Notes: a model not told the origin generated them from the sequence alone. 64,000 nt of DNA from Octopus sinensis (GCF_006345805.1 NC_042999.1:32426001-32490000); one strand, 5' to 3'. Shown: positions 27,906 to 41,840, numbered from the stretch's first letter. Translations and numbers: made by a program.

Positions 27906-29484
27906 ATAATCAAATCAATTACACATGTCAAATAAACTTTATTTTCATTTACATATTTTCTAACTTATCTAAGCAACCAGGTATAGTTATTTTAAATACA
28001 CTTCTGTATAACGACCAGATTTCATTAGAAAATTATTATAGATTCACACTTTCAATTTAAACCCAAATTACAAAGCATAACGATGTATGAATAATGAACG
28101 ATGTGTTTAATGATGTGTGAATAAGGAAAGTAATGTTAATCCTATTAATCACCTACCAAATAAACTGTTTTTCACTCAAGAACTCTTTTTAACAACTGAG
28201 ATAACCTCGTAAACTAGGTTGGGTCGTACAAGTTTGATATCTTTTTGGACAATATTTCGATCTTCTTCTAATGTTTCGCTTACGTTCGATCTTTCTACAC
28301 AGACAAAGACTCATGAAAGTGTACACATATCTTCTGCCGGACGAATGTTCATTTCTGCAGCCTTGGTTGAATAAGAGATTATTAGGGAATGGCTAGCTTA
28401 TGACACACGCACTAATTTGAACAAATGTTATAAATATTCTGAAACATTTAAAGATTCCTACATAAAACAACAATTTTTTTGATGAGAAATAATAAGTATA
28501 TTTATATGCGTAATTTTGTGTGTTGATGCGTGTTGCCTGCAGGAATTTAACGTTAATTAATTGTGTTAGATTGAATTATTCTTATCATTAAATTCAGCTT
28601 CATAAGAAGTTATCGAAAACCGATTTCAGTAATTCTCGCATATTATATTCAAGTGATTAAACCATGTTTATATATTTACAAAACACACCGTTTGCATTTT
28701 GTCGTGAAAATATATTGATTTAAAAACTAAACAGAAATAATTGGTTGAAATGTTCTTAATTGTAATAAAGTATGATGCTATTTATTAAATGAATACATGA
28801 AGTAGGAAGACATTAATTAATACAATGAACATGTTCATTATGTCTCCCATTAAATACTCTTGTCAATTTCTATTAACTTGCTCGATTTCTAAATTTTCCT
28901 TCAAGGAAATAATCAAACTTAGAATACAAAAATCATTTTCTTACAGACCGGATTATACAAACTGAACTCAAAACAGCAAGAATAGATGACCTAGAGCTAT
29001 CTAATAGAATTAGTGATTCACTAATTTAATGTTCAATACAAAGTAATAATTTATATAAAAAATAAACGGATATATTTGCTTATACCGTAGAACTAAATCA
29101 GCTGAATGACCTTCATAATCCAAATGTTCATAATCGAAACCTTCATAATCGAAAATAGTTTGCGACAAGTATGTTTAGAAAAATTATACCATGCTAATTC
29201 TAGACTACAGGACCTCCGAACATGTACTACTGTAGCTTATTCTAGTAAATACATTAACTGGTTCTGCTCTCTTGAACAAGAATGGCTACTTTGGGTAATG
29301 AAGCGATGATAATATGGCAGAGATGGTTTGTGGATACTGTCTATGTGCAACCAGTGAATCTTTTCAATTTATACTATATTGAATATCTCTTAGTGAGGAA
29401 TGCTAAAACGAGGCTAGATTTCCATACATGTATCCATCCATCCATCCATCAATCCACACATACATACATATATGTACTATACTA

Positions 29485-29647
<163 letters not shown>

Positions 29648-30574
29648 TACATATACATAAATACATCTATATATATATACATATGCATATATACATTTGT
29701 ATATATATATATATAGAGAGAGAGAGAAAATATATGTTTTACATATGTAGCTATGCTGGGGCAGTAGCTTCAAGAAGTTTTCATCGAATGAATCATGCAC
29801 AGTACATATTTTTTCAGTCTAAGACTTAATCTATCAGTTACTATGGCCAAACCGCTTGCTTACGGTGACATAATCACACAAATACAGATTTTCAAGCAGT
29901 TGTGGTGGGGGGGGATAACAGACGCATATATGGTCACACGCTCACACACACTCAAGTACACACACACATATACACACTCAGACACACAAGCACGTACTCA
30001 GATAAATTTATATACACGAATTTTAAATTCTATAAAGTTTATTTAATGTAATTACCTTGGTATGTGTTTTGATTACAATGCAGAAACATTTATTACGCAA
30101 ATACGTTGGAGTAAATTATAATTCACGAAATTCAGCGATGGAAATCGTGGGAATTTTTCTTGCATCCCTTATTCGGGCGCAAATTGATAGTTGCTTTTGG
30201 TGCGAGGATTACTAAGATCCACTTTTTATGGATTTTCATCACATCTGATAAAAGATATGTAGCAACAGATGAAAAATTTACTTTCCTCAGTGTTGTGGAT
30301 ATTATAATGTGCTTTACGTGTTTAGCATTAAAATATTTTTGAGGTGATTTCAGTGAAGTTTAGTACTGAAGATGTAATGCGAATTTGTAACATTCATCCA
30401 TCTGTAAATGATCTGTTCTCTATACCCGTGTGCAGTACAGTAATGTTATATCTGACACTATTGAAACCGAGGAAAACTTTTGACATCGACTGCTCATAGG
30501 TTTCTCTTGAGCGTTTAGATCTTGGGCTCCTAATTTGTCTATCTGTATATATATATATAATATATATATATATA

Positions 30575-30988
30575 TGACATAAGAACATGGATATAATAAC
30601 TATGGGAAACTCATGGTTTACGCTGGCATGTCTTTAATTAGATAATTAACAATGAACTAAGAAGCAGAGATGAGTGTGGCATTTACGATCGTTTCGATTT
30701 ACTAGAGTAAGTAAATCTCTTCAGAATGCGACTATAGATCGATGCATCGGTAAGGATGCAAAAATGATTGATACATATGCGATGGTAATGTAAACAAATT
30801 GGTAAATCTTAGATTGAAATTTTGTCCTTGCACTGGTAAATTCGCTGGGTAGGTGTTTGCTTGTGATAGATTGGTTAGTTTCGTTGGGTAATTAGGGCGG
30901 GGTGAGTATTATTTAGAGGCGCGCTACCTCGTTTAATTAAGCACATTTTTTCTAACGTGTTCCTCTCGTAATTATAAATTTTGACAAA
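30575..30988 (-). mobile_element. Penelope-like element 3' end (endonuclease C-terminus, 3' UTR, HHR) between (TA)n tracts
   Basis: Minus peptide YERNTLEKMCLIKRGSAPLNN...* fits the R..LE...I....PLN end of PLE GIY-YIG domains; the HHR follows in the same sense. Confidence 0.65.
30679..30729 (-). ncRNA. Type I hammerhead ribozyme, perfect consensus
   Basis: GCAUU-CUGAAGA-GAUUUACU-uacucu-AGUAAAUC-GAAA-CGAUCG-UA-AAUGC: 5 bp stem I, 8 bp stem II, palindromic stem III. Confidence 0.95.
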
Positions 30989-31094
30989 TATGTATATATA
31001 TATATATATATATATATTCAAAATGTGAGCGCGTGTGTACCGTTGGCGATTTTTTCCCTCCGTCTTCCCTTCTCTGGATCTTTTCTTTTCCTAT

Positions 31095-31129
31095 GTTTCT
31101 GACGAAGAGCTCCGCTCGAAAAGTGAAAC
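31095..31129 (+). ncRNA. Minimal hammerhead motif in a ~190 bp element (31030-31218); cleavage triplet mutated
   Basis: GUUU-CUGACGA(A)-GAGC-UCC-GCUC-GAAA-AG-UG-AAAC. Confidence 0.75.
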
Positions 31130-31234
31130 CCTCATTTTTTCCCTTCCTTCCTGAGCGTCCAATAATATATTTGTTTCACGTCCTCGCGTTATTGTGTTTT
31201 CATGTTTAGATTAACTTTATATATATATATATAT

Positions 31235-31274
<40 letters not shown>

Positions 31275-33323
31275 ACTGAAGTTTACAGGAAAACAAAAGA
31301 CGGAGACAGGTGTATAAATGACAAGGAGGTGTATTACTATTAGTCTAACACAAATATATGTATATGTGATAATATATATGTATATATGCATACATATATA
31401 TATATATATGCATAAGCATATATGAAAGAGAGAGATAGGTATATAGATAGATACATACATACATGCATACTTGAAGAAACATAAACAAGTATACATAAAT
31501 AAGTGTACATGTATCTGAATTTATATACATTCAAATAAAAATTTGAAATATATTTATATATACATTGTTTGTTTTTCATTTGATATGAAATGTTTCTAGC
31601 TATGATATTAAACAGAGCTTAAATGCGTCGGGGAATTTATTTGCACCTGTTCGTTAGGTTTGCTTGAGGCTTTTTAACTATTCTTTAAGAAAACTGCAAT
31701 TTGTCTTTAAGTGGTTTTGTCCAAATGAAGCGGTTTCTTTCCTGAAAAACTGCATGCACTATACATTTTGTTATCATACTGAGATCATGTTTTTGTAGGG
31801 CCGTAAGTAATCTACTTTAATTTAAGCTGATCATACCCAATTTGAATGACATTAGCCTTGTAAATTGGCACGTTATCATCATTGCTTTACGACCAGGAAA
31901 GAATATTTGTATGATGTGATATACATGGTCAACTAAATTACTCAAAATTCGTATGGCGTTAATTCTACTTTGCAGAACTAATAACATTCCCAGAGAGTCT
32001 CGTAACATATCGGCTCCTTATCATCATACATATATTTTCCTGTGTCACTGTATTTGCCAAACAATAAGGGTTAAATGCTTGTTTGCTATTTCTCCAGAAC
32101 TGAAATCCCGATGTTATGGGATAAATGTGGAATAATTATTCATCAGAAATGACGTACTTTCTTTGAGGTATTGGCCATTTATTACGAACTTATTATTTTC
32201 CCTTTGTAAATGGGAAACAAGATTTGGGCGTCAAAGTGCACATAATATAAATCGTTTTTTTTTTGCCCTCACAATTAATAGTTTATCTTGACACAGGGTG
32301 GGCACTGTGGTTTTTCACTCTCACATCACTTTTCCTGCCATACACAGACGGTTTGCTCCGGTGACCATCAGTGATATTTTTCCTTGGTTATGGAATGCTA
32401 ACATTACTTAAAAAAGCGTACTTTTCGACATATCAAATCAGTGGGCTACATATGTGCCCACACCTAAAAACAAACACACAAGCATTATGTTGTTCAACAC
32501 AGGTAGAAGTATGTAAGTGTGCATATATTTATACATATATATATATACGTACTTCTGCGCATTATTATGTGTGTGTGTGTGTGTGTGTGTGTGTTTTGCG
32601 TGCGTGCTTATGCATCGTATGAAATATGTGATAAAAAGATGGGTGAGTGATTTAGTCGTGAGCAGTTTACTAGGTTAAATCATGAACTTTATCACTTCAT
32701 CAATTAATTGAATTTTTCTATCACAGTGGCTGATTGACGTATGATGTAGTGTGTTTCTTTATATCTTGTTCTCATTACTTCCTATCAACCCTGTCAGTAG
32801 GGTTCTTTATTGCCTGTCTATCTCAATATTGTATTATTGCTGGGTGCTTCACAAAGTGCGAATTTTTTTGGCATTATTCCCTAACATAGTCTACTAAATA
32901 TGGAAAATCCACTGTTTTACTAACACCAATTCTATACGGAGAAATTACCTATTAGAAAGCATGTAGATAAATTCTTAAAAGCTCGTAAAATTAGATGTGT
33001 CAAACTGGCAGTCGATACCGATCGAAGCAACAAAATCATGTTTCTAGTGGTTTTTTCGATTCCTAATAATATATGTCAGTCGCAACTACTGATATAACGG
33101 GATAAATCAAGAAAGCTAAAAGGATTGAGCAATTGATAGAGTGGAAGTTATGGAGGTAAACAATAAATAGATAAAACTCGTGTTATGTCGATGTGCTGGT
33201 AGGTAAGAAAGTTGAAAAATGAGAAAAGTAGAAGCCGACTTTGATACAAATGATAAAAAGACTGACTCCACTTACATATATGTATATATATGTGTGTGTA
33301 CATATGTATATATATTTATATAT

Positions 33324-33372
<49 letters not shown>

Positions 33373-34065
33373 AGTATTTGTGTGTGTATGTATCTGTTTC
33401 TCTGCCCCCCTCTCTCTCTCTCTCTCACTCTCTGTATGTGTACATAGTGAGTGTTAGTGAAATAAATGAATTAAATGAATGGGTTAGTTAAAACGATGTT
33501 AGAAGCTGAGGTACCGGAAGGTAGAGAATTATAAAGACGAAGACATTATCACTTGGCTTCCAAACAACGAGAAAATAGGAGGTTTAACAATAGAAGAAGG
33601 AAATCTTATGTAAAATATAGTCAAGAAATAGGTGCGACGCAAAAATGAATTAAGAAACGCAAAAATAGATGTCACGAAATGACATGTAAAATGACTTAAC
33701 ATAACTAGGATCACACGCACACATACACATGCTCGCACACAAATACACACAACTCACACACGTGCATGCACTACACCACATTCGAACAAAAAAAGATAAA
33801 TGAAATATTTATGTATAAGTGTGTCTGTGTACGCGTTTATATATATGTATGAATATATATATATATGTGTATATATATAAATATGTACGTTTAAATATTT
33901 GTTGTGCAAGATTTTTTATGTGAAGTCGTGTGTTGAAACAGATATTGTTATATTTCGGAATGGTCATATTGCCAGTTTAGCCAATAAAAACACACGCACT
34001 ATATATTTGGTGTTATTTTGCTTCAGTGATATTTATTTTTTATATTAATCTTAATCTTATTTCGG

Positions 34066-34105
34066 CCAAAGTTCTTTCGTCACACTCCTGTGACCGCATC
34101 AGTGG
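34066..34105 (-). ncRNA. Hammerhead variant (CUGAUGC core), left arm
   Basis: Exact mirror of 35540-35579. Confidence 0.65.
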
Positions 34106-34425
34106 TCCTTTGTTTTCTTCTCACTTACTTGTGTCTCTCCTTACTAACCGTCAGCCATTTTGTATTTCTATTGTATGTCTTCATTTGCGCATGCTTATAT
34201 CTCTATGTGCGTCTATGTTTATTTAGTGTGTGTGTGAGGGGGATGCCTGTAATATTTGTATCTTCTGGTTATATACATTCTTGTAATTTGTATTTTGTTT
34301 TTGTTGTTGTTGCTTTTGTTCTAATTTTGTTCATGTGTTTACATCCACCCATTATTATCATTACATATGCTTGTATGTATGTATAACAACAATATTAGTA
34401 ATAATAATAATAAATCTAATTGAAA

Positions 34426-34484
<59 letters not shown>

Positions 34485-34773
34485 CATATATACACACACA
34501 TATACACATATACATACACATAAACATATATATAGTTATTCATTTCTATTTCTTTAATTATCTGTGTATTTATTATGTTTGCAGGATCCACTATCGTCAT
34601 ATGTTGTGGTGTGCGCTATTGCTCCATTCTAGTTTTCTATTCAGGCTAGGTTTATTTTCTATTATATGTGTAGCTTCTGTAATTTGTCTAATTGTTGCAT
34701 CTGTCTATGTGTGGACAATATCTTAATCTCTATGTTATTGATTGATCCCCCGTGTTCTTGTTCAGCGTGTTGG

Positions 34774-35046
34774 GGAAACAGCGTAGGGGAAACAGCAAGA
34801 AGCATTGGTGAGCGGGTGAATGGACATTGGAGACAACTCAAGGAAGGTAAAAGCTCATCGATTCTGTACCAACACGCTGAACAAGAACACGGGGGATCAA
34901 TCAATAACATAGAGATTAAGATATTGTCCACACATAGAACAGATGCAACAATTAGACAAATTACAGAAGCTACACATATAATAGAAAATAAACCTAGCCT
35001 GAATAGAAAACTAGAATGGAGCAATAGCGCACACCACAACATATGA
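34774..35046 (+). pseudogene. GIY-YIG endonuclease C-terminal fragment (Penelope/Poseidon type)
   Basis: VGETARSIGERVNGH...SILYQH...H...IKIL...RQITEATHIIENKPSLN. The Cys-rich N-terminus of ORF 34666 is just the antisense arm. Confidence 0.92.
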
Positions 35047-35158
35047 CGATAGTGGATCCTGCAAACATAATAAATACACAGATAATTAAAGAAATAGAAA
35101 TGTATAACTATATATATGTATATGTGTATGTATATGTGTATATGTGTGTGTATATATG

Positions 35159-35194
<36 letters not shown>

Positions 35195-35539
35195 TTTTTT
35201 TTTTCAATTAGATTTATTATTATTATTACTAATATTGTTGTTATACATACATACAAGCATATGTAATGATAATAATGGGTGGATGTAAACACATGAACAA
35301 AATTAGAACAAAAGCAACAACAACAAAAACAAAATACAAATTACAAGAATGTATATAACCAGAAGATACAAATATTACAGAAGATACAAATATTACAGGC
35401 ATCCCTCTCACACACACACTAAATAAACATAGACGCACATAGAGATATAAGCATGCGCAAATGAAGACATACAATAGAAATACAAAATGGCTGACGGTTA
35501 GTAAGGAGAGACACAAGTAAGTGAGAAGAAAACAAAGGA

Positions 35540-35579
35540 CCACTGATGCGGTCACAGGAGTGTGACGAAAGAACTTTGG
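35540..35579 (+). ncRNA. Hammerhead variant (CUGAUGC core), right arm
   Basis: CCA-CUGAUGC-G-GUCAC-AGGAGU-GUGAC-GAAA-GAAC-UU-UGG, in the sense of the endonuclease. Confidence 0.7.
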
Positions 35580-35705
35580 CCGAAATAAGATTAAGATTAA
35601 TGTAAAAAAATAAATATCACTGAAGCGAAATAACACCAATATATAGTGCGTGTGTTTTTATTGGCTAAACTGGCAATATGACCATTCCGAAATATAACAA
35701 TATAA

Positions 35706-35765
<60 letters not shown>

Positions 35766-35776
35766 ATATATATATA

Positions 35777-35871
<95 letters not shown>

Positions 35872-35934
35872 ACATATATATACCCACACATACACGTATA
35901 TATATATATAATTAATCAATAAGCATAAAAAGTA

Positions 35935-36620
35935 CCTCTAATGCTGGAAATAACAATCCAGCCGAACTGTTACTTAAATCGCCAAAATACACTGATATTA
36001 ACTACAGAAATCAACCGTCCGGAGGCAGACAGGCTAAGACAATCACCCGCATTCATTCAACTATTTGGACTCAAGTGGACCGGTTTCTACACTGAAAAAA
36101 TAGCTTCAGCTCGTACAAAGATGCGCCACCCGTCTTGTTGAAGTCTGCACTAGCAATGTGAAAATAATTTCAATGCGGAGCAAATAATTCACGTGAAAAA
36201 TAAAATTCACCAGAAATTAATTTGGGAATATATCATTGATTATGTAGTTATCTAGTGTAACAATTTAAGAATGATAATATCATGATAGTAACAGAATCAA
36301 TAATATAAGCGAATGCAACCCACCCCACAAAAAAAAATATTAAATACTGAAGGATTAAAATTAATCAGCGGACATACTGAGTATGTCTACTGCTGGGAAT
36401 AACATTCAAAACTCTTATTTAAATCGCCAAAATACAACGATAATAACCACAGAAATCTACCGTCTTTCTGTACTGGCATAATAGCCTCACCTTCCTGAGC
36501 ACGCTTTCATATGATAGTGATCCCAACCCGTCGTGTTGAAGTCTGTGCTGAGACTGATTCGTTTTGCACCCAAATCATGGCAGCCACTAGTATGAAAAAT
36601 ATTTGCTCCGTATTGAAATG
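35935..36620. repeat. Diverged direct duplication (~35935-36150 vs ~36380-36550) plus short inverted segment (~36165-36192 vs 36598-36619)
   Basis: Shared TGCTGG.AATAACA, TTAAATCGCCAAAATACA, ACAGAAATC.ACCGTC, ACCCGTC.TGTTGAAGTCTG. TTTCAATGCGGAGCAAATA is inverted as TATTTGCTCCGTATTGAAA. Confidence 0.75.
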
Positions 36621-36667
36621 TATATCTTTTCTCTTCCTCTGTCTCCCACTCCTTTGGAGTTTCCTCT

Positions 36668-36702
36668 ATTTCTGAAGAAGTGCTATGCTCGAAAAGTTAA
36701 AT
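36668..36702 (+). ncRNA. Minimal hammerhead motif, same family as 31095
   Basis: AUUU-CUGAAGA(A)-GUGC-UAU-GCUC-GAAA-AG-UU-AAAU; downstream TTCCTCAGCGTC...CTCGCGTTATTG matches 31148-31195. Confidence 0.72.
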
Positions 36703-36805
36703 CTTCTTTTCCTCCTTTCCTCAGCGTCTTAAAATACAATACTTGTACCAGGTACTCGCGTTATTGTTTTTTTCTTATTTGTTCTTCTTTGTTTGGATTC
36801 ATTAT

Positions 36806-36811
36806 ATAATA

Positions 36812-36877
<66 letters not shown>
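36806..36877. repeat. (AAT)n microsatellite
   Basis: Direct reading. Confidence 0.95.
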
Positions 36878-36887
<10 letters not shown>

Positions 36888-37104
36888 AATGAACGAACTA
36901 CTGAGTTTGGTTTAATGGCCTACCAATATACACTATGAGTTTCTTTGCCCTAGGAGTCGGGAAGACACTCGGCAAGAAATGGAAGAAAATTTGAAAGAAG
37001 GAAAAAAAAAGTAATAATAATAATAATAATAATAATAGGGAGTATATCCAAACTTACAGGGAAAAATTAGATTTAGGATTAAATATAATTTTATAGTATA
37101 AATA

Positions 37105-37332
37105 TATATTATATTAAATTAGAGATAAAACCACTATTAGGCAAATCAAACAGTGGAAATCATAAGCCAATACATAGAAATAAAATTAATTATAAAAATA
37201 TAAATTATAACATATAAAAAATATAAAATATTTTATATTTTATATTTTTTTTATTAATTTTATTTTTATGTATTTGTTTATGATTTTCACTGTTTGATTT
37301 GCCAATAGTTGTTCTATATTTAATTTAATATA

Positions 37333-37335
<3 letters not shown>
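37105..37335. repeat. Diverged inverted repeat, ~95 bp arms
   Basis: GGCAAATCAAACAGTGGAAATCATAA vs TTATGATTTTCACTGTTTGATTTGCC. Confidence 0.85.
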
Positions 37336-37366
<31 letters not shown>

Positions 37367-37392
37367 GTATATATATATATATATATATATAT

Positions 37393-37433
<41 letters not shown>

Positions 37434-40245
37434 CATATCCAGAGACGGAGAGAAAGAATGAAGGATAGATACAAGTACATACACACACACGCTCACGTAA
37501 ACATATATGTATTATGACAGATAAACCGGCCCAAGAATTCAGTAGTAAAAAATATTTCATATGGTACCTTAGAATGAATAGTAACTATGTAAAGATTAAG
37601 GGATAAATGTTCAATGTAGGTATCTAAAGAAATGTCCAAAGAAACAAGGTGGACTTCAAAGATTAGCCGAATGAATATGTTAAGAAATTTAACGTATTAA
37701 CAGTAAATGTTATAAGATACAGTAAACATAATTTAAGTTACTTTAGATTATCAGTAGTAGATATAGCGAAAATATGGAAGACTTTGATGATATTTCAGAA
37801 GAAGGAGCATTGGTTCACCGGAGGTAAACTACTTTTATATATACTGCTCAACAGAAAGTATGATTATAGACGATCTTCATTTTGTTGCAAATGGTAATGC
37901 GGTTGTTTCACACTACCTCTTCGTATGCATACGACACTTTCCTCCTGAAGTTTCCAATAATACAAACTTTTTCCTGTTATGTATAATTTACTGAAATGTG
38001 TTTAGTAAAGTTGAATAAATTTCACATGTGTTACTCAACAGAGAGTTTAGGAAATGGTAATGTATTTAGTCGAAATTTTGAATAGGAAAATTCATTTTAA
38101 AATACTCAACTAGCAGAAATATATAATTGAATGGCTACAAAATCCATAAATGAATAGAATTCTATTCTATTGTCTCCAGTTTACGTAAGGTATGTTTGTG
38201 AATGAGTATGTACGCATGTATATATATACGTATATGTGTACATATATGTGATTATAAACGTATGTATATATATGCATATATATACATATATGTAATTACA
38301 TACACACACACACATATATATATATATATGCACACACACATACATGTGTATAGACAAAGGTGCGATGCACGGAATATTCTCTACTGTGTTTTCCTCGTCA
38401 GTCAATTACACAAAATATCATAGCAGTTTCTCATCAATTACCATTGATACTACTCGAATTTGCGGAGACCAGTGCTGTGTATTAAGCTACTGAAAAAAAG
38501 TTAACGATTGTTTACTAATACAGAAACAAACAAATCATGACATAGATACAATAGACAACACTTGACGCAACGAAACTTTTAGGAAACTAAAAATAAGAAA
38601 TAAGTGGAAATTTTACCGGTGAGTGTGTTACATTAAAAGGCCCAAAAAGAAAATGACTCTCCCCGGACACAACAGAATATGCTACAACACACGAACCCAT
38701 ATAAAGAATCTTGCAAACCAAATCCCAAAATGAAGTATTCAAAGAATTATACATATATCACAGCATAAAGCCTATACATATACCAGAAATATAACAAAGT
38801 TATATAACAAAGAATATAACAAAAGTTATTTGCAGCTATCAAACGAACTTAGTGGGTTGTATACAGAGGAAATGGACAAAATCCTTGAAGATAAAGCGGG
38901 AGGCGAGGCCAGCATGACCAGTCTGGTCACAGGCAGGGCGTAAAAGAACAACAAAACCTTTGCCGGACACCGTTCACGTGGTAGGCAAGCGGAGTTAGAA
39001 AGAGAGGCTAAGTGTGGCGATAGAGATAAAGTGAAATTAGAAGTGGAAAGAAATAGAGTATATAGAAACATACATGCATACATACATACATATGCATATA
39101 GCTGCACATATCTGTACATATGTATGTATATGCACATACGATGCGTATGTGTGTTTGTGCCTGTGTGGAATACAGTTACATGCATAACAGTGATTTGCCA
39201 CATATTACGTTTCAGTGCAGAGACTTAATTGGTGTGTATATAAAATGGTATCCTCGTTGAAAGTTTAACTCATTCGTTCACTTAATAATTAAAATATTTG
39301 TATTGCATTTTGTATGTTATGTATACAATTCTTAGATACATAAACCTAAAGCGTCTATGATTCTGTTTTGTTGAAAAATCCATACGTTCCTATTGCCACT
39401 ACTGAAAGCAAAAGAAATCATTGTTTCCTTTTAGACCTTGAAATCTTGTTATTTCACAATGGTTTAAAACAGATTCTGTTTATTTCCACTTGAATATACT
39501 CCAAGCATAACAAACTTTATTATTTCAAGGTTAATTGCTTGAGAGAAACAAAAATCAATTATTCCAAAATTTCATTAGAGTAACAATTATATAATAACGA
39601 AATTGTTTATCATGATTGGCTTCTGCTGACATTTTCTTGTAAACTTACATTGATTTTAACGAAGGTCTTCAAAACTGTCTTCAGGTTGAGTAGTTTCCCC
39701 CGTTATAATCAATAGTATTAACTACTTTGAAAAATAGGTGTGTGGGGGAAGTTAGCGTTTATCCCCCTTAAAATAATATATTGTCTACCGCTGTATTAAG
39801 TAGTGACTGATGGCAAAATTAAATCTCTGGACCTGATTATTGATTTTGGAATTATATTTCCGCTACGCAATTGACGGTCATTTAAAATAACTGCGTTAGG
39901 TCAGGGTACAAGATATATATAATAAATGTTATATCAATTAGAGTGCATTGCCTTCGCTATGCTACACAAGCTTTTCGTTTCATTTTAAGCATGTCTTTAT
40001 ACACAAATGTGTGAGCATAGAACAAACACAAATAGTCATGTATATATAAATGTATACGAATATGCATGTATGTATGTATGTATGTATGTATGTATGTATT
40101 TATGTATGTATGTATGTATGTATGTATGTATGTATGTATGTATGTATGTGTGAGTATGTATGTATGTATATAGTCGCCATGATAGATCGTTAGCCACTAC
40201 ACACACGTTTTTCTCTCCTTGTTTCTCTCCTTTTTTTCTGTGTCC

Positions 40246-40281
40246 CTTTCTGTAGAAGAGCGTAGGCTCGAAACGTAAAAG
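40246..40281 (+). ncRNA. Minimal hammerhead motif (CUGUAGA core variant) in a ~200 bp element (40170-40372)
   Basis: CUUU-CUGUAGA(A)-GAGC-GUAG-GCUC-GAAA-CG-UA-AAAG. Element lies between (TATG)n and (TA)n; a reverse copy of its tail is at 31275-31350. Confidence 0.8.
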
Positions 40282-40369
40282 ACTATTTTCTATTTCTGAG
40301 CGTTATACCAATACATCTGTTTGTTTTGTACACTACCTGTCTTCGTCTTTTGTTTATTTCGTAAGCTGT

Positions 40370-40480
<111 letters not shown>

Positions 40481-40540
40481 GTATATTCATATTTATGTAT
40501 TATGTATAGTTCTGTGTATGTGTGTGCGTGTGTGTGTGTA

Positions 40541-40835
40541 GGCGCGTGGATTAGTTGTTAGGGCATTCGCCTCATGATCGTAAGGTTGTAAGTTCCGTCA
40601 CGTTGTGTCCTTGAGAACGAAATTTTATTTCACGTTGCGCCAGTCCACTCATCTGGCAAAAATGAGTACCTGAATTTCAAAGGGCCAGCCTTGTCAGGCT
40701 GAATCCTCCTGAGAACTACGTTAAGGGTAGACGTATCTGTGCATGCTCAGCTACTTTAACGCTAATTTCACGAGCAAGCTGTTCCGTTGAAAGTAGCATC
40801 TGGGACCCTCGTCACCGTAACCAAGAGATTGCTCC
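40541..40835 (+). mobile_element. tRNA-derived SINE, family B (diverged)
   Basis: Matches the reverse complement of 18090-18408. Confidence 0.85.
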
Positions 40836-41250
40836 TTTATATATATATTTGTGCGCGTATGTGTGTGTGTGCATGTGTGAGTGTGCGTGTGTAAAAAAGA
40901 CAGAAATAATTGATTCTCAAACACAGAACAATGTTAACATTTTACCAGGAACACGATAAAATATCCATATTTTTGTAGAGAAATTTGCTAGGTTCCAGCC
41001 ATGAGTCACGCTCTCTCATTCCTGTGATTACTGGCCGTAGTAGAGAATACATATAAAATGATAAGATGGTTATTTACAATACCGATATTATCCTTATTTA
41101 TATCAATTTATATATTTATTTCATCATTATATTCACTGCGGTGGTATTTTTACCATATAGCACGTAGAGTTAAGACGGGCAATTAAACCGGTCGTGTGCA
41201 TAAGTACCTATATATGTGTATATAATGCGTATATATAGGTATTCGTATGT

Positions 41251-41290
<40 letters not shown>

Positions 41291-41292
<2 letters not shown>

Positions 41293-41840
41293 TGAGAAAG
41301 TTGGTATGTGAAAGCACGTAGTTGAATATATAGAAAATAGTAAAAAGTGAAATAACTACAGAAGGCTTGTTTTAGAAGGTTAAAAAACATATATTTGAGT
41401 CATTATGTCTGAAGAATGTTATAAATGTCTGAAAGATGTGAAGGAGAGTGAAAGAGAGTTCCAGATAAGGGGAGGTAATACGTGATTTCTTCCGGTGTAA
41501 GGGAGATAATCGCTTAATATTTCTTGCTTTTCTATTGGAGTGAGTTTCTCTGTAAAAGAATGTTGGAATGGTTAAGTTTGGGCTTGTATTTTTCAATAAA
41601 GAATGTTTCCTTGTTTAGTCTAATTTGTGTTGGTGTTCCGATAGCACTCTCCTTCACACTTCTCAACGTAAACATAACGATGTAAGAAATTTGAAAAGCT
41701 GAACGCGAAACCGGTCTTTCTTCAAAAACTATGTCATTGTATGAAAAAATTTATAACATTCTTCAGACATAATGACTCAAATATATATTTTTTAGCCTTC
41801 TAAAACAAGCCTTCTGTAGTTTTTTCACTTTTTTACTATT

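Larger units (their letters stand above)
33942..35703. mobile_element. 5'-truncated Penelope-like retroelement with inverted duplication: ~830 bp arms (33942-34773, 34869-35703), 95 bp spacer
   Basis: Near-identical reverse-complement arms. Spacer plus right arm encode a GIY-YIG C-terminal half; each arm has an HHR variant; both ends are near (TA)-rich tracts. Confidence 0.92.

Noticed and set aside
34662-35207. 181 aa minus ORF and Cys-rich N-terminus of ORF 34666
   Set aside because: Products of the palindrome; only the plus-strand GIY-YIG part is meaningful.
41158-41200. HHR remnant (TAAA-CCGG-TC-GTGTGC)
   Set aside because: No CUGA core and GAAA mutated; too decayed to call.
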